A stretch of DNA of 64,000 bases. Origin: Candidatus Anstonella stagnisolia. Lineage in GTDB: Archaea > Micrarchaeota > Micrarchaeia > Anstonellales > Anstonellaceae. The position numbers were made by a program, and so were the translations under genes. Each line of letters starts with the position of its first letter. Within the stretch, counting starts at the first letter, position 1. Positions 46,765-55,594 of the stretch are shown piece after piece. Location of the stretch: contig CABMCJ010000004.1 of NCBI GenBank assembly GCA_902384585.1, positions 322,086-386,085 of the forward strand, given 5' to 3'. The notes below the pieces were generated by a model, which worked only from the letters and a program-made list of their open reading frames with translations, was not told the DNA's origin and did not search any database.

Positions 46765-48375
46765 ATGGCAGGCAATTCACCAGTGTACGAGGAGCTCAAC
46801 CGGAAGTGGAAATCCACGTGCAGGGTTCTTCTTGGGGAGGAAATAGGGGAGCTTTCGGAATACAGGGAATATTTGTGCGAGCTTGGGTATTCCGAGCCGC
46901 TTATACACCGCAAATCCTCTGTTTCTGGAAAGGAGATTACATATGCAACGCCGCATTATTGCAAGGGCGCAAAATGGGTGGGGCTTTCCGAAGTGGATTT
47001 CCAGAAGAAATTCGAGGCGCTTTCAATAAACGAGGTAAAGGACATTGATTCCATAGTCTCGGCTGTGCAGGAAAGGGCGTATTATTGCGGGGACGTAATA
47101 CTTGGGAACTCGAAATTCATAGAAAAAAGCTCGAACGTGTCTGACAGCTTTTATGTATATGAGTGCGGGAAAGTGTCGGACACAAAATATGCGGCATATT
47201 CGGACTGGCCCAAGATGTGCGAGTGCGTTTTTGGCTCAAGCGCGCCTGGTGAATCCTCATTTTTGATACGATGCAATGATACATTCCGTGACAAGCGGTG
47301 CTTTGAGCTTTGGGGCAGCCTGAATTCCTCGGACTGCTATTATGTCATGGGGCTGAACAGCTGCTCAAACTGCTTTTTCTGCTTCAATGCGAGGGGGATA
47401 AAGAATGCTGTCGGGAACCTTGAGCTGCCTGCGGACAAATTTTCCATCCTTAAGGAAAAGCTGCTTGGGGAAATACGCGAAAAATTGAAAAAAGACAAGA
47501 AGCTTCCCTCCGTTGCGCAGATAATGGGGCGGTGCAAGGACTATTCCGGGGAAGTGAAAGAGCTTCTAAAGGGAAGGGTGGAATACGAGGAGAAAAGCAC
47601 GGACATGAAACCCATAGAAAATGCATTTTCAAAAACGTGCGAGGTTGTGCTGGGTAAAAAGCTCGGCGGGCTTGCAAACTATTCAGGGTGGCTTGAGGGG
47701 CATTCAAAAGGGCTTAGGACATGCAGGTCTGTTGCAAGCGGGAAGCCCGTGTATCAGGGGTGCTATGCGCACTATTCGGACATACCGCAAGATAGGCTGC
47801 TTGTGGAAAAGGAGGCCCTTGAGCTTTTGAAAGTTTCAAAGCTTGAGGAAAAGGATGTCCTTGGGATAAATTTGGAAAATGCGCACGAGATAATAGGGAA
47901 AATCGCATACGTATCAATAGATTATCATGACGGGACAAACGTGAACATAATTGAATGCCCGACATACGGGTATTCCTCGCACGTGCTGCGCACATTCCCT
48001 GTCGTGTATACTAAATATACTGCATACACGTTCTGGGCAAGGAGTTCGGAATACGTATTTGGGGGCGGGCAGCTCTTTGATTCCAATTTCTGCATGAATT
48101 GTTACAACTCAAACCGCTTGCAAAGGTGCCTTGAGGTGGATTCTTCGCGCGACTGCTCGGACTTGTATTTTTCACACAACTGCGAGAATGTCAGGGACTC
48201 CATGTTCTGCTTCAATGCGAAGAATTTGCAGAATGCGGTTGGGAATGCGCAGCTTGGGAAGGAGAAATATGCGCCGCTCAAGGAGAAGATTGTTGGGGAG
48301 ATGCGCGCTGAGCTTGAGAAAGGGAAGAAGCTGCAGTGGGACATTTTCAATATCGGGTGCGCGGGAAAACAATAA
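46765..48375 (+). CDS. Cys-rich, internally duplicated hypothetical protein (possible beta-helix)
   Basis: Two homologous halves, each ending FCFNA..NAVGN..LKEK; ~6-residue periodic C/S/Y/F repeats. Confidence 0.82.
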   Translation: MAGNSPVYEELNRKWKSTCRVLLGEEIGELSEYREYLCELGYSEPLIHRKSSVSGKEITYATPHYCKGAKWVGLSEVDFQKKFEALSINEVKDIDSIVSAVQERAYYCGDVILGNSKFIEKSSNVSDSFYVYECGKVSDTKYAAYSDWPKMCECVFGSSAPGESSFLIRCNDTFRDKRCFELWGSLNSSDCYYVMGLNSCSNCFFCFNARGIKNAVGNLELPADKFSILKEKLLGEIREKLKKDKKLPSVAQIMGRCKDYSGEVKELLKGRVEYEEKSTDMKPIENAFSKTCEVVLGKKLGGLANYSGWLEGHSKGLRTCRSVASGKPVYQGCYAHYSDIPQDRLLVEKEALELLKVSKLEEKDVLGINLENAHEIIGKIAYVSIDYHDGTNVNIIECPTYGYSSHVLRTFPVVYTKYTAYTFWARSSEYVFGGGQLFDSNFCMNCYNSNRLQRCLEVDSSRDCSDLYFSHNCENVRDSMFCFNAKNLQNAVGNAQLGKEKYAPLKEKIVGEMRAELEKGKKLQWDIFNIGCAGKQ

Positions 48376-48377
48376 TC

Positions 48378-48632
48378 CTATTTTAAAAATTCGTAAACTT
48401 CGTCCCTGCCTTTGTAAAGCAATAAGCCTATTTTGTTTTCCTTTTCAAGTATTTGGTAGACCAGGCGTTTGTTTCCGATGCGCTCTGAAAAGATGTTGCC
48501 CAGATGCCTTAGCGGCTTGCCCTTGTCCGGGGCGAATTGTATTTTTTCAAGCATTTTCCTCAGGAGAGTTTTCTCATTGGCATCAAGTTTCTTTATGTCC
48601 TTTTCAAACTCCTTTGACCTGAGGAAGTCCAT
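48378..48632 (-). CDS. RelE/ParE-like toxin
   Basis: FEKDIKKL, PDKGKPLR, RIGNKRLVY and RDEVY motifs. Confidence 0.82.
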   Translation of the reverse strand: MDFLRSKEFEKDIKKLDANEKTLLRKMLEKIQFAPDKGKPLRHLGNIFSERIGNKRLVYQILEKENKIGLLLYKGRDEVYEFLK

Positions 48633-48633
48633 G

Positions 48634-48870
48634 CTAACCAAGCTCGCTTAGGGAGAATTTGCGCATTTTTGTTTTTCCTGAGGAAATGGAAGATAGGACT
48701 TTTTCTGCTGCCTTTTCGTAAAGCTGGTCGTCTGTGAGGCTGTGCAGCTGGTCAAACTGGAAAAGCGCAAGGCGCACTGCCTCTGTTTTTGTCTTTGCGT
48801 ATCCGCGCGCTATCATGCTGCGCATCACGTCATCTATGTAACCTGTGAGTTCTATGTTTATGTTTGCCAT
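48634..48870 (-). CDS. Ribbon-helix-helix antitoxin
   Basis: NINIEL beta strand and GYAKTKTEAVRLAL; directly upstream of the toxin. Confidence 0.78.
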   Translation of the reverse strand: MANINIELTGYIDDVMRSMIARGYAKTKTEAVRLALFQFDQLHSLTDDQLYEKAAEKVLSSISSGKTKMRKFSLSELG

Positions 48871-48933
48871 ACGAGACACCTTATACTATTTTAATAAGAA
48901 AAGCTTATAAATATATTATGAAAAATATATGCG

Positions 48934-49035
48934 ATGGCAACCAAGGCAAACGCAGGATATTTGAAAAAACTGGGAAAAATGCGCAAAGGAAAATTCGTAA
49001 AAGTTACCGATTTTTCTAAAAGATATGGGATTTAG
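48934..49035 (+). CDS. 33-aa basic peptide resembling an antitoxin C-terminal tail
   Basis: Manual translation MATKANAGYLKKLGKMRKGKFVKVTDFSKRYGI*. Confidence 0.4.
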   Translation: MATKANAGYLKKLGKMRKGKFVKVTDFSKRYGI

Positions 49036-50231
49036 GCAAGCTTTGCAATCTTTTGCAAGGTGTCCTTGAAAATTTGCACTTCTTCTTTTGTGTTGTATAT
49101 GTAAAGCGATGCGCGTACTGCGCCCTTGGGTGCGCCCATGTGCTCCATTGCGGGCTGTGCGCAGAATAAGCCTGAGCGCAATGCGATTTGGGAAAGTGAG
49201 TCGGACATGAGCGCTACCTGGTGCGCGGAAATATTTTTGAGGTTGAAGGAGAGGAGCGCGCTTCTTGCTTTTGAAGAGGTATTTCCGTATATTGTGGAGT
49301 CAGGTACGGATTGGACTGCTGCAAGAAGTTCTGCAAAAAGCTCGTGCTCGTATTTTTCAATGTTTTCCATTCCTATTTTCATGAGGTAGTTTGCGACTGC
49401 TGCCATTCCGAGCATGCCTGAGTAGTTTTGTATGCCTGCCTCAAAGCGGTCTGGAAGAGAGTGCAATTTCATTTCGGAAAGGGAGACTGTTTCTATTGTG
49501 CCCCCGCCGAGCATAAAGGGGTTGAGCTTTTCCAGGAGATGCTCTTTTCCAACCAAGCAGCCTATTCCGGTTGGTCCGAGCATCTTGTGCCCAGAGAATG
49601 CGAGGAAATCAAAGTCTTCCTTTTTGAAATCTATTTTGTGGTGCGGAGCGCCCTGCGCTGCGTCTATGAGGATGAGTGCGCCATTTTCGTGCGCGATTTT
49701 TGTAATTTCTTTTAGGGGAGCAGTGCAGCCGGTTGAGTTTGTTGTGTGGTGCACTACTACGAGTGCGGTTTCCTTGTCTACTGCGTTTGTGAAAGCGTCG
49801 GAAGAAAATGAGCCGTCCTTTCCTGCAAGTGCAAACTCCGTTTTTATCTTTCCGCTTTTTGCGAGGTGCATAAATGGTAGTAATGCGGAGTGGTGCTCCA
49901 TATTCGTGAGAACGACTTTTTTCTTTTGGGAAAAATCAAAGGAGTGTGCAACGAGGTTTATTGCCTCGCTTGTATTTTTTGTCCAAATTAATTCGTTTGC
50001 CTTTGCGCCAACGAACTTTGCAACCGTTTCGCGGGATTTTGCGGTTTCCTCGTCTACTTTTTTGCTTAGGTGGTGTGCTGAGCGACCTGCGCATGCGCTA
50101 TATGTTGAATAGTATTCGGTCTGCGCATCTATTACCTGCCTTGGCTTGAGCGTGGTGCAGGCATTGTCAAAGTAAATGAGCTTTCCGCCCTGCAATAGGG
50201 GGAAGTCTGAGCGTACCTTTTGGATGTCCAT
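49032..50231 (-). CDS. sufS: Cysteine desulfurase, SufS/group II
   Basis: YFDNACTT, MEHHS, DAAQ, SGHKMLGPTGIG, RSGLFCAQP and RASLYIYNT motifs. Confidence 0.92.
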   Translation of the reverse strand: MDIQKVRSDFPLLQGGKLIYFDNACTTLKPRQVIDAQTEYYSTYSACAGRSAHHLSKKVDEETAKSRETVAKFVGAKANELIWTKNTSEAINLVAHSFDFSQKKKVVLTNMEHHSALLPFMHLAKSGKIKTEFALAGKDGSFSSDAFTNAVDKETALVVVHHTTNSTGCTAPLKEITKIAHENGALILIDAAQGAPHHKIDFKKEDFDFLAFSGHKMLGPTGIGCLVGKEHLLEKLNPFMLGGGTIETVSLSEMKLHSLPDRFEAGIQNYSGMLGMAAVANYLMKIGMENIEKYEHELFAELLAAVQSVPDSTIYGNTSSKARSALLSFNLKNISAHQVALMSDSLSQIALRSGLFCAQPAMEHMGAPKGAVRASLYIYNTKEEVQIFKDTLQKIAKLA

Positions 50232-50277
50232 GAAGTAGTTTTGGGCAAGGATATTTTAATGGATTTGGTTGCGGCAG

Positions 50278-51579
50278 CTAAAGAATGGGCGAAGTTGAGC
50301 AGCGGTGTGCGCCCTCTGCCTTTGTAACTTCGGACAGGTTTACAGGGTACACGGTTGCGTCAAGGGTATGGAAAAGCGGGACTGGCGAGCGGGTTGCGTT
50401 TGGGTCGCTTTTGGGCGCGATGTTGGGCGTGCTGTTTGTGGGCAGGACGTATGCCGCAGGGTCCTCAAGGTTAAGCATTGAAGCTGAGACAAAAAGATTG
50501 AGGTCGGAGGACGAATCTTTTCGATGCACAGATATGAGGTTTGCAAGCAGGAATTTTGCCTGGTGCTCATTAAGAAGAGTGAGGCGATTGTAGAGCTTGA
50601 GGAGCAATTCTGCGTCCTTGGGATTCTCAAGCGCGCCAGGATAGAGCATTTGGCCCACACGGCTGAATGCACAGTCAAGGTGGAGCACGCCTTCTTTTGT
50701 GTGGATGGGAAGCACTTCGTAGCTGCTGCCCGCTACGTGCTGCACCCATTTTGCGCCTTCCATGTTTGTGCGGTCGCCCACGCCAAGGAGTATTGCTCCT
50801 TTTGGCTTGTCCAAAAACAGGTTGCCCCACTCCACTTTTGCTTCGGGGGGCGGGACAAGCGCATTTTTTACATACTCCTGCTCGTTCTGGCGGATTGGCG
50901 CGACCATGCCTGCGCGCAGGATTTTTCCATCAACTGCGATAAGGATGTCCCTTGTGAAAACGCCTTCCGGGCAATTTTCGCTTGGCCTTAGGAGGATTAT
51001 TTTTGCCCCGTATCCTACAAGCGCGTGGATAAAGAAAATGTGCTGCATTACTGCAAGGAAGCGGTCGGGCTTGTTGCCCATGTTTGCCTTTTCTTCCTTG
51101 TTTATGGGCTCGCCCCAGTCAAGGTAGGTGGGAAGGGACATTACTATTGTTTTGTAGCCCCACTCGTCCTGCCTCCATGCCCGATAGTTTGCCGCATCTA
51201 TGTAGTCAACAACCTGCAGGTTTGGGTGTGAGTAAAGGGTTGCGAGAAGGCACCCGAGGCTAAGTTTTGTATCGAGTTCAAACTCACTATCAATGATGTT
51301 GAATGGAAAAAGCTTGAGGGAGTGCAGGTATTTTTCGCCGTCGCCTGAGAAAAGATATTTAAGCAGGGAGTCCAGCCCGTCGGGATTTTTGTGCGCCATG
51401 CCGAATTTTTCGCCCACTTCGCGAAGCTGCTTGTATTTTGTGTTTTGCACTGAGTCAAGGAAAAAATCCGTGAGCGCGATTGCGCGCTCGTCAAGTGGGC
51501 GAAAGCCCGATGGGCGGATAATTGTTGGGGCGCGCGCTGGGGATGAGGGAGAAGTCCTTTGAAAAGCGGTAGCGTGCAT
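50278..51579 (-). CDS. Amidinotransferase/DDAH (pentein) family protein, paralog 2
   Basis: VFTRD, EWGN, RTN, LHLDC and GAHRCST motifs; AGGTGA SD before ATG 51579. Confidence 0.85.
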   Translation of the reverse strand: MHATAFQRTSPSSPARAPTIIRPSGFRPLDERAIALTDFFLDSVQNTKYKQLREVGEKFGMAHKNPDGLDSLLKYLFSGDGEKYLHSLKLFPFNIIDSEFELDTKLSLGCLLATLYSHPNLQVVDYIDAANYRAWRQDEWGYKTIVMSLPTYLDWGEPINKEEKANMGNKPDRFLAVMQHIFFIHALVGYGAKIILLRPSENCPEGVFTRDILIAVDGKILRAGMVAPIRQNEQEYVKNALVPPPEAKVEWGNLFLDKPKGAILLGVGDRTNMEGAKWVQHVAGSSYEVLPIHTKEGVLHLDCAFSRVGQMLYPGALENPKDAELLLKLYNRLTLLNEHQAKFLLANLISVHRKDSSSDLNLFVSASMLNLEDPAAYVLPTNSTPNIAPKSDPNATRSPVPLFHTLDATVYPVNLSEVTKAEGAHRCSTSPIL

Positions 51580-51595
51580 CCAAATTTCACCTATT

Positions 51596-52774
51596 TTACA
51601 GGAGCGGGGCGGTTGAGCAGCGGTGTGCGCCGTCTGCCTTTGTGATTTCGCCAAGGTCTATTGTCCGAAGCGCCATTTCTGCGACTGGATAGAAATTGCC
51701 AAGCCTGTCTATTAGCCATTCGTTTGGCGAAACGTAGAGCGCCTTGTGTATTGAGATTAGGTTTCCAAGAAGCATTTTTGCATTGGCTGCATCAAGTATG
51801 GAAAGCGGGCCGTAGAGCTTTTGAAGAAGTGCAACATCTTCCTGGCGCACAAATGCATCAGGGTATATGAGCCTGCCTATTTGGCTGAAAACGCAGTCAA
51901 GGTGCAGGATGTCTTTCTTTAGATGTATTGGGATTACGTTCAAATCGCTGCCAACTATGGATTGGAGCCACTCGACTGCAGCCATGTTTGTCCGGTCGCC
52001 CACGCCTACAATGATGAAATTGCCTGCTTTGTCCTCAAGGAAAACGTTCCCGAATTCAAGCTGCACTTCGGGTGGCGGCTCTATTGCATTTTTTATCAGT
52101 GCCTGCTCGTTTTTGCGCACGTCTGCAACCATGTTGCCCCGTATTGCCTTGTTATGCAGCGCAAGCAGGACGTCCCTTGTGAACACCATTTCAGGGCAGT
52201 CTTCCCTTGGGCGGAGCAGGAAAACGTGCATGCCGGATTTCACGAGGGAATGTATGAACAGTATGTGCTGCATTACTGCGAGGAAGCGGTCGGGCTTGTT
52301 GCCCATGTTTGCCTGCTCTTTTGCGTTTATGGCAGTTGCCCAGTCCAAATCAGTTGGAAGGGAAACTACTGCGGATTTGTATTGCCATTCGTTTGTGCGC
52401 CATATGTGGAGCTTTGAAACGTCTATTTCGTCTACGACGGTTATGTTTGGGCAAATGGAAATTTTCTCAAGCGCATCTGCAAGGAATCGGGCTGCGTGCG
52501 TTGAAAGGTATCTTTCCCCTTCGCCTGAAAAAATGCTTTCCAGCATGGGCTGGAGGTTCGGGTTTCTTTTTTCCGGGTTCAGCATGCCAAGGAACTTGCG
52601 GTTGTAGCCGTCTTTGTAGGCATCTTTTTGGGTAGTTTCTATGGAATCAAGAAAATATTTTGTAAGTTCCCTTGCGCGTGCATCGGGTGCGCGCCAGCCA
52701 TTGCCTGGGAGAATTATGCCGGGAGCCTGGACTAGCTTTGTTGAAGAAGGTTTTTGCAAAGCGGTAGTACCCAT
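51596..52774 (-). CDS. Amidinotransferase/DDAH (pentein) family protein, paralog 1
   Basis: VFTRD, EFGN, RTN, LHLDC and GAHRCST motifs. Confidence 0.87.
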   Translation of the reverse strand: MGTTALQKPSSTKLVQAPGIILPGNGWRAPDARARELTKYFLDSIETTQKDAYKDGYNRKFLGMLNPEKRNPNLQPMLESIFSGEGERYLSTHAARFLADALEKISICPNITVVDEIDVSKLHIWRTNEWQYKSAVVSLPTDLDWATAINAKEQANMGNKPDRFLAVMQHILFIHSLVKSGMHVFLLRPREDCPEMVFTRDVLLALHNKAIRGNMVADVRKNEQALIKNAIEPPPEVQLEFGNVFLEDKAGNFIIVGVGDRTNMAAVEWLQSIVGSDLNVIPIHLKKDILHLDCVFSQIGRLIYPDAFVRQEDVALLQKLYGPLSILDAANAKMLLGNLISIHKALYVSPNEWLIDRLGNFYPVAEMALRTIDLGEITKADGAHRCSTAPLL

Positions 52775-52880
52775 TCTATATCTCCTCTATACTGTGTGGT
52801 ATATTATAGGTCTTAGTGTTTAAAAGGCTTTGCTATAGGGCTGTTGGAAAAAAGAAAAGAATTGGATGGAAAAATTGGGC

Positions 52881-53375
52881 TCAAAGCGGTTTTTGAGCCA
52901 TAATGAAACTGTCAGGTTTTGCTGTCTCGCCCAGCACAGTTGCCATTTGTTCCAGCCCAGATGCCAGTTCCTTTCTTGCTTTTTTGAAGGCATCCGGAGC
53001 TGTCGTCCGGGTTATTTTTGCACTTGCAAGCACCAGGTAAGCGCCTTTAGTTGCAATGTGCATATTTCTTAGCGCTGCTTCCCATGGCGTGTTGAGGCTG
53101 TCTGGGGACTGGGCAAGTATTGACAAACGGGTCGAATTGATGTTCTCACACAGTTCGTTAAGTGCTGATACAAACGATGCTGCATCTGCGCGTGCGAGCT
53201 TTTTTCCGCCTACCAATGGGTATTTATTTGTGGAGGCAGAGGCAAGCTGACTAAGGAGGGAGGTAAATACGTGATTATGGTCCATGAATTTATCCATGCC
53301 CCTAGTTTGAGAAGATGAAAGTACATTAGACTTAACCTGCCTGTCTCCCTGAACAAGTAAAGTATTCGATGACAT
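52881..53375 (-). CDS. Hypothetical protein
   Basis: GAGGTG SD; helical ORF. Confidence 0.55.
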   Translation of the reverse strand: MSSNTLLVQGDRQVKSNVLSSSQTRGMDKFMDHNHVFTSLLSQLASASTNKYPLVGGKKLARADAASFVSALNELCENINSTRLSILAQSPDSLNTPWEAALRNMHIATKGAYLVLASAKITRTTAPDAFKKARKELASGLEQMATVLGETAKPDSFIMAQKPL

Positions 53376-53449
53376 TGAAAGCACCTCTAGTTATAGTTAG
53401 TGTACAAACGTTTTATAAAGCCTTATGCTCGAGGATGGGAAGATATGTC

Positions 53450-54352
53450 TTATTTTGCATTTGCAAGCGCATCCCGCACGGGGTTTGCAAGCTCGTCGTA
53501 GGTTGCAGGCGCAACAAGGGGCTTGCCGTTCACAAAGAAAGTGGGCGTGCCGTATATGTTGGAGGAGTGCCCCTCTGCAGCCTGGGCATCAAGCTCTGCC
53601 TTGTGGGTCGCGTTTATGAAGCAGGAGGAGAAGTGCTGCAAATTAAGCGAGGATGCTATTGAGTAGAACGTAACGTTGCCGTTTGCGCGGAATTCGTCCT
53701 GCCTTTCAAAGAGAGCCGCACGGTATTCCCAGTATTTGCCCTCGTCATTCGCGCACATTGCAGCGAGTGCGGCATTGTAGGAATTGTTGTGCGTTGGAAG
53801 CGGGAAGTGCTTGTATACGTACAGGATGCTGCTGTTGAAATCGGAAAGGAGCTTTTGAACGTTTGGCTCTGCCTCTTTTGTATAGGGGCAGGAATAGCAG
53901 CCGAATTCAACTACTGTTACTTTTGCGCCGCTGCTGCCTTTTTGTATGCCTGCAAGCGTGGTGGGTGAGATGAGCTGGGAGGGGTTGCTTGCGCCTGAGC
54001 CGAATATGTCCTTGTATATGCAGAAGCCCGTGGAATTCGGGCCGTTGCAGTCACCGTAGTAAAGGTAATTCACAATTCCAAGGAGGGTGAATGCAATGCT
54101 TGCGAACATGAGAAGCGTGAATGCCCAGGAGATTGCCTCCCAGTGGGTGTTGAGGATTTTCGCTGCGCCTGCGTGCTTGGAAAGCACTGCCGCAACTGTT
54201 TTGCTTTTCACTTCCTCCTCAAGAGTTGTATTGCAGGGGCGGAGAGTGAGGCGGCGGAACGTGCAGTCAAAAGCCTGCTTTGCGAACGGGCGGTATTTCG
54301 CGCTGAAAATAGAGAGCACGCCGAATACGAAAAGTGCAATGAAACAAATCAT
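53450..54352 (-). CDS. Membrane-anchored DsbA/thioredoxin-fold protein
   Basis: Two TM segments; EFGCYSCPYT, HFPL and GTPTFFVNG motifs. Confidence 0.88.
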   Translation of the reverse strand: MICFIALFVFGVLSIFSAKYRPFAKQAFDCTFRRLTLRPCNTTLEEEVKSKTVAAVLSKHAGAAKILNTHWEAISWAFTLLMFASIAFTLLGIVNYLYYGDCNGPNSTGFCIYKDIFGSGASNPSQLISPTTLAGIQKGSSGAKVTVVEFGCYSCPYTKEAEPNVQKLLSDFNSSILYVYKHFPLPTHNNSYNAALAAMCANDEGKYWEYRAALFERQDEFRANGNVTFYSIASSLNLQHFSSCFINATHKAELDAQAAEGHSSNIYGTPTFFVNGKPLVAPATYDELANPVRDALANAK

Positions 54353-54377
54353 ATTAGACGCCTCTTAAGCTGGAAAA

Positions 54378-55472
54378 TTACCAACCTCGAACATCCATTG
54401 CCTCGCGCACGCGCTCCTTTGCGATTTTGAGAGCCGCATCCCGTGTGTTAAGGTCTTTTGTGTGCGAGAGCACAAGCGATGTGTTCGCGGTTACCTTGTC
54501 TTTCACGATTGTGAACATTTGCGAAGGCGTTGCGCCTATGTGCTCGCAGTAGGAGGAAATCACGCCGCCTGCGTTTGCAACAAAGTCGGGAATTACGAGA
54601 ACGCCCCTCTTTGCAAGCTGCCTTTCCATGTCATGCGTCATGGGGATGTTTGCAGCCTCTATTACGACCTTTGCCTTTATGGAAGAGACGTTTTGCGCCG
54701 TAATAACGTTGGGGCGCGCGCCTGGGATAAGGATGTCTGCCTGCGTTGTGAAAAGGTCTGCTGCAGGGAGCACTTTTGCGCCAGGGTATGCGGTTATTGT
54801 TCCCTTGGAGGATTTTGTTTCCATTGCTTTGTTGTAGTCCATTCCGCCTGCAACGTATGCGGTTCCCTTGGAGTCTGAAATCGCAACAACTTTTGCGCCC
54901 ATCTCTTCAAGGTGCTTCATTGCGAACGTGCCCACGTTCCCAAATCCCTCAAGCGCTACTGTTGCGCCGGAAATGGAAATCTTTGCGTGCTCAAGCGCGA
55001 CCTTTGTGCTCAGTGCAACTCCAAAGCCGGTTGAGCCAAGCTCGTGCGGCAAGCCCCCTATTACAGAGGGTTTTCCTGTGGAAGCCTTGAGGTCGCCTAT
55101 TTCGTCCGCAAACGCTGCCATCTCTTTCTCTGTTGTGTTCATGTCGGGCCCTGCGATATATACGGAAGGCACAAGCTGTGAAACTTTGCTTGCGAATGCG
55201 CGCATAACCGCGATTTTATTGCAGGTTTTCGGGTCTGCCTTTATGCCCGCCTTTGCGCCGCCAAAGGGGATGTCTGCGAGGGCGTTCTTCCAGGTCATTG
55301 CCTGCGCAAGACCCATCACTTCCTCTGTTGTGATGTCTGGGACGAGGCGGATTCCGCCCTTTCCGGGGCCGCGGGCGGTGTTGTGCACCACGAGCACGCC
55401 GTGCATTTTTGTTTTTGGGTCGTAAACCTCAAGTATGCGCTCTGGCCCGTATTCGTCATGGTTAGTTTGCAT
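54378..55472 (-). CDS. Glu/Leu/Phe/Val dehydrogenase (glutamate dehydrogenase-like)
   Basis: GPGKGGIR, MTWKNA, GGAKAG, GFGNVG, EAAN and PDFVANAGGV motifs. Confidence 0.92.
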   Translation of the reverse strand: MQTNHDEYGPERILEVYDPKTKMHGVLVVHNTARGPGKGGIRLVPDITTEEVMGLAQAMTWKNALADIPFGGAKAGIKADPKTCNKIAVMRAFASKVSQLVPSVYIAGPDMNTTEKEMAAFADEIGDLKASTGKPSVIGGLPHELGSTGFGVALSTKVALEHAKISISGATVALEGFGNVGTFAMKHLEEMGAKVVAISDSKGTAYVAGGMDYNKAMETKSSKGTITAYPGAKVLPAADLFTTQADILIPGARPNVITAQNVSSIKAKVVIEAANIPMTHDMERQLAKRGVLVIPDFVANAGGVISSYCEHIGATPSQMFTIVKDKVTANTSLVLSHTKDLNTRDAALKIAKERVREAMDVRGW

Positions 55473-55594
55473 TTTATCCACCTTTGTTATTCGTATTCTT
55501 GCTGTCCCTAGAATAAGGAGTAGCGCAAGCTATACTGCAAAAAAGTATTTATATCTTGGCTAAAACGAAACCAAAAAAGATAAAAGAAAAATAT

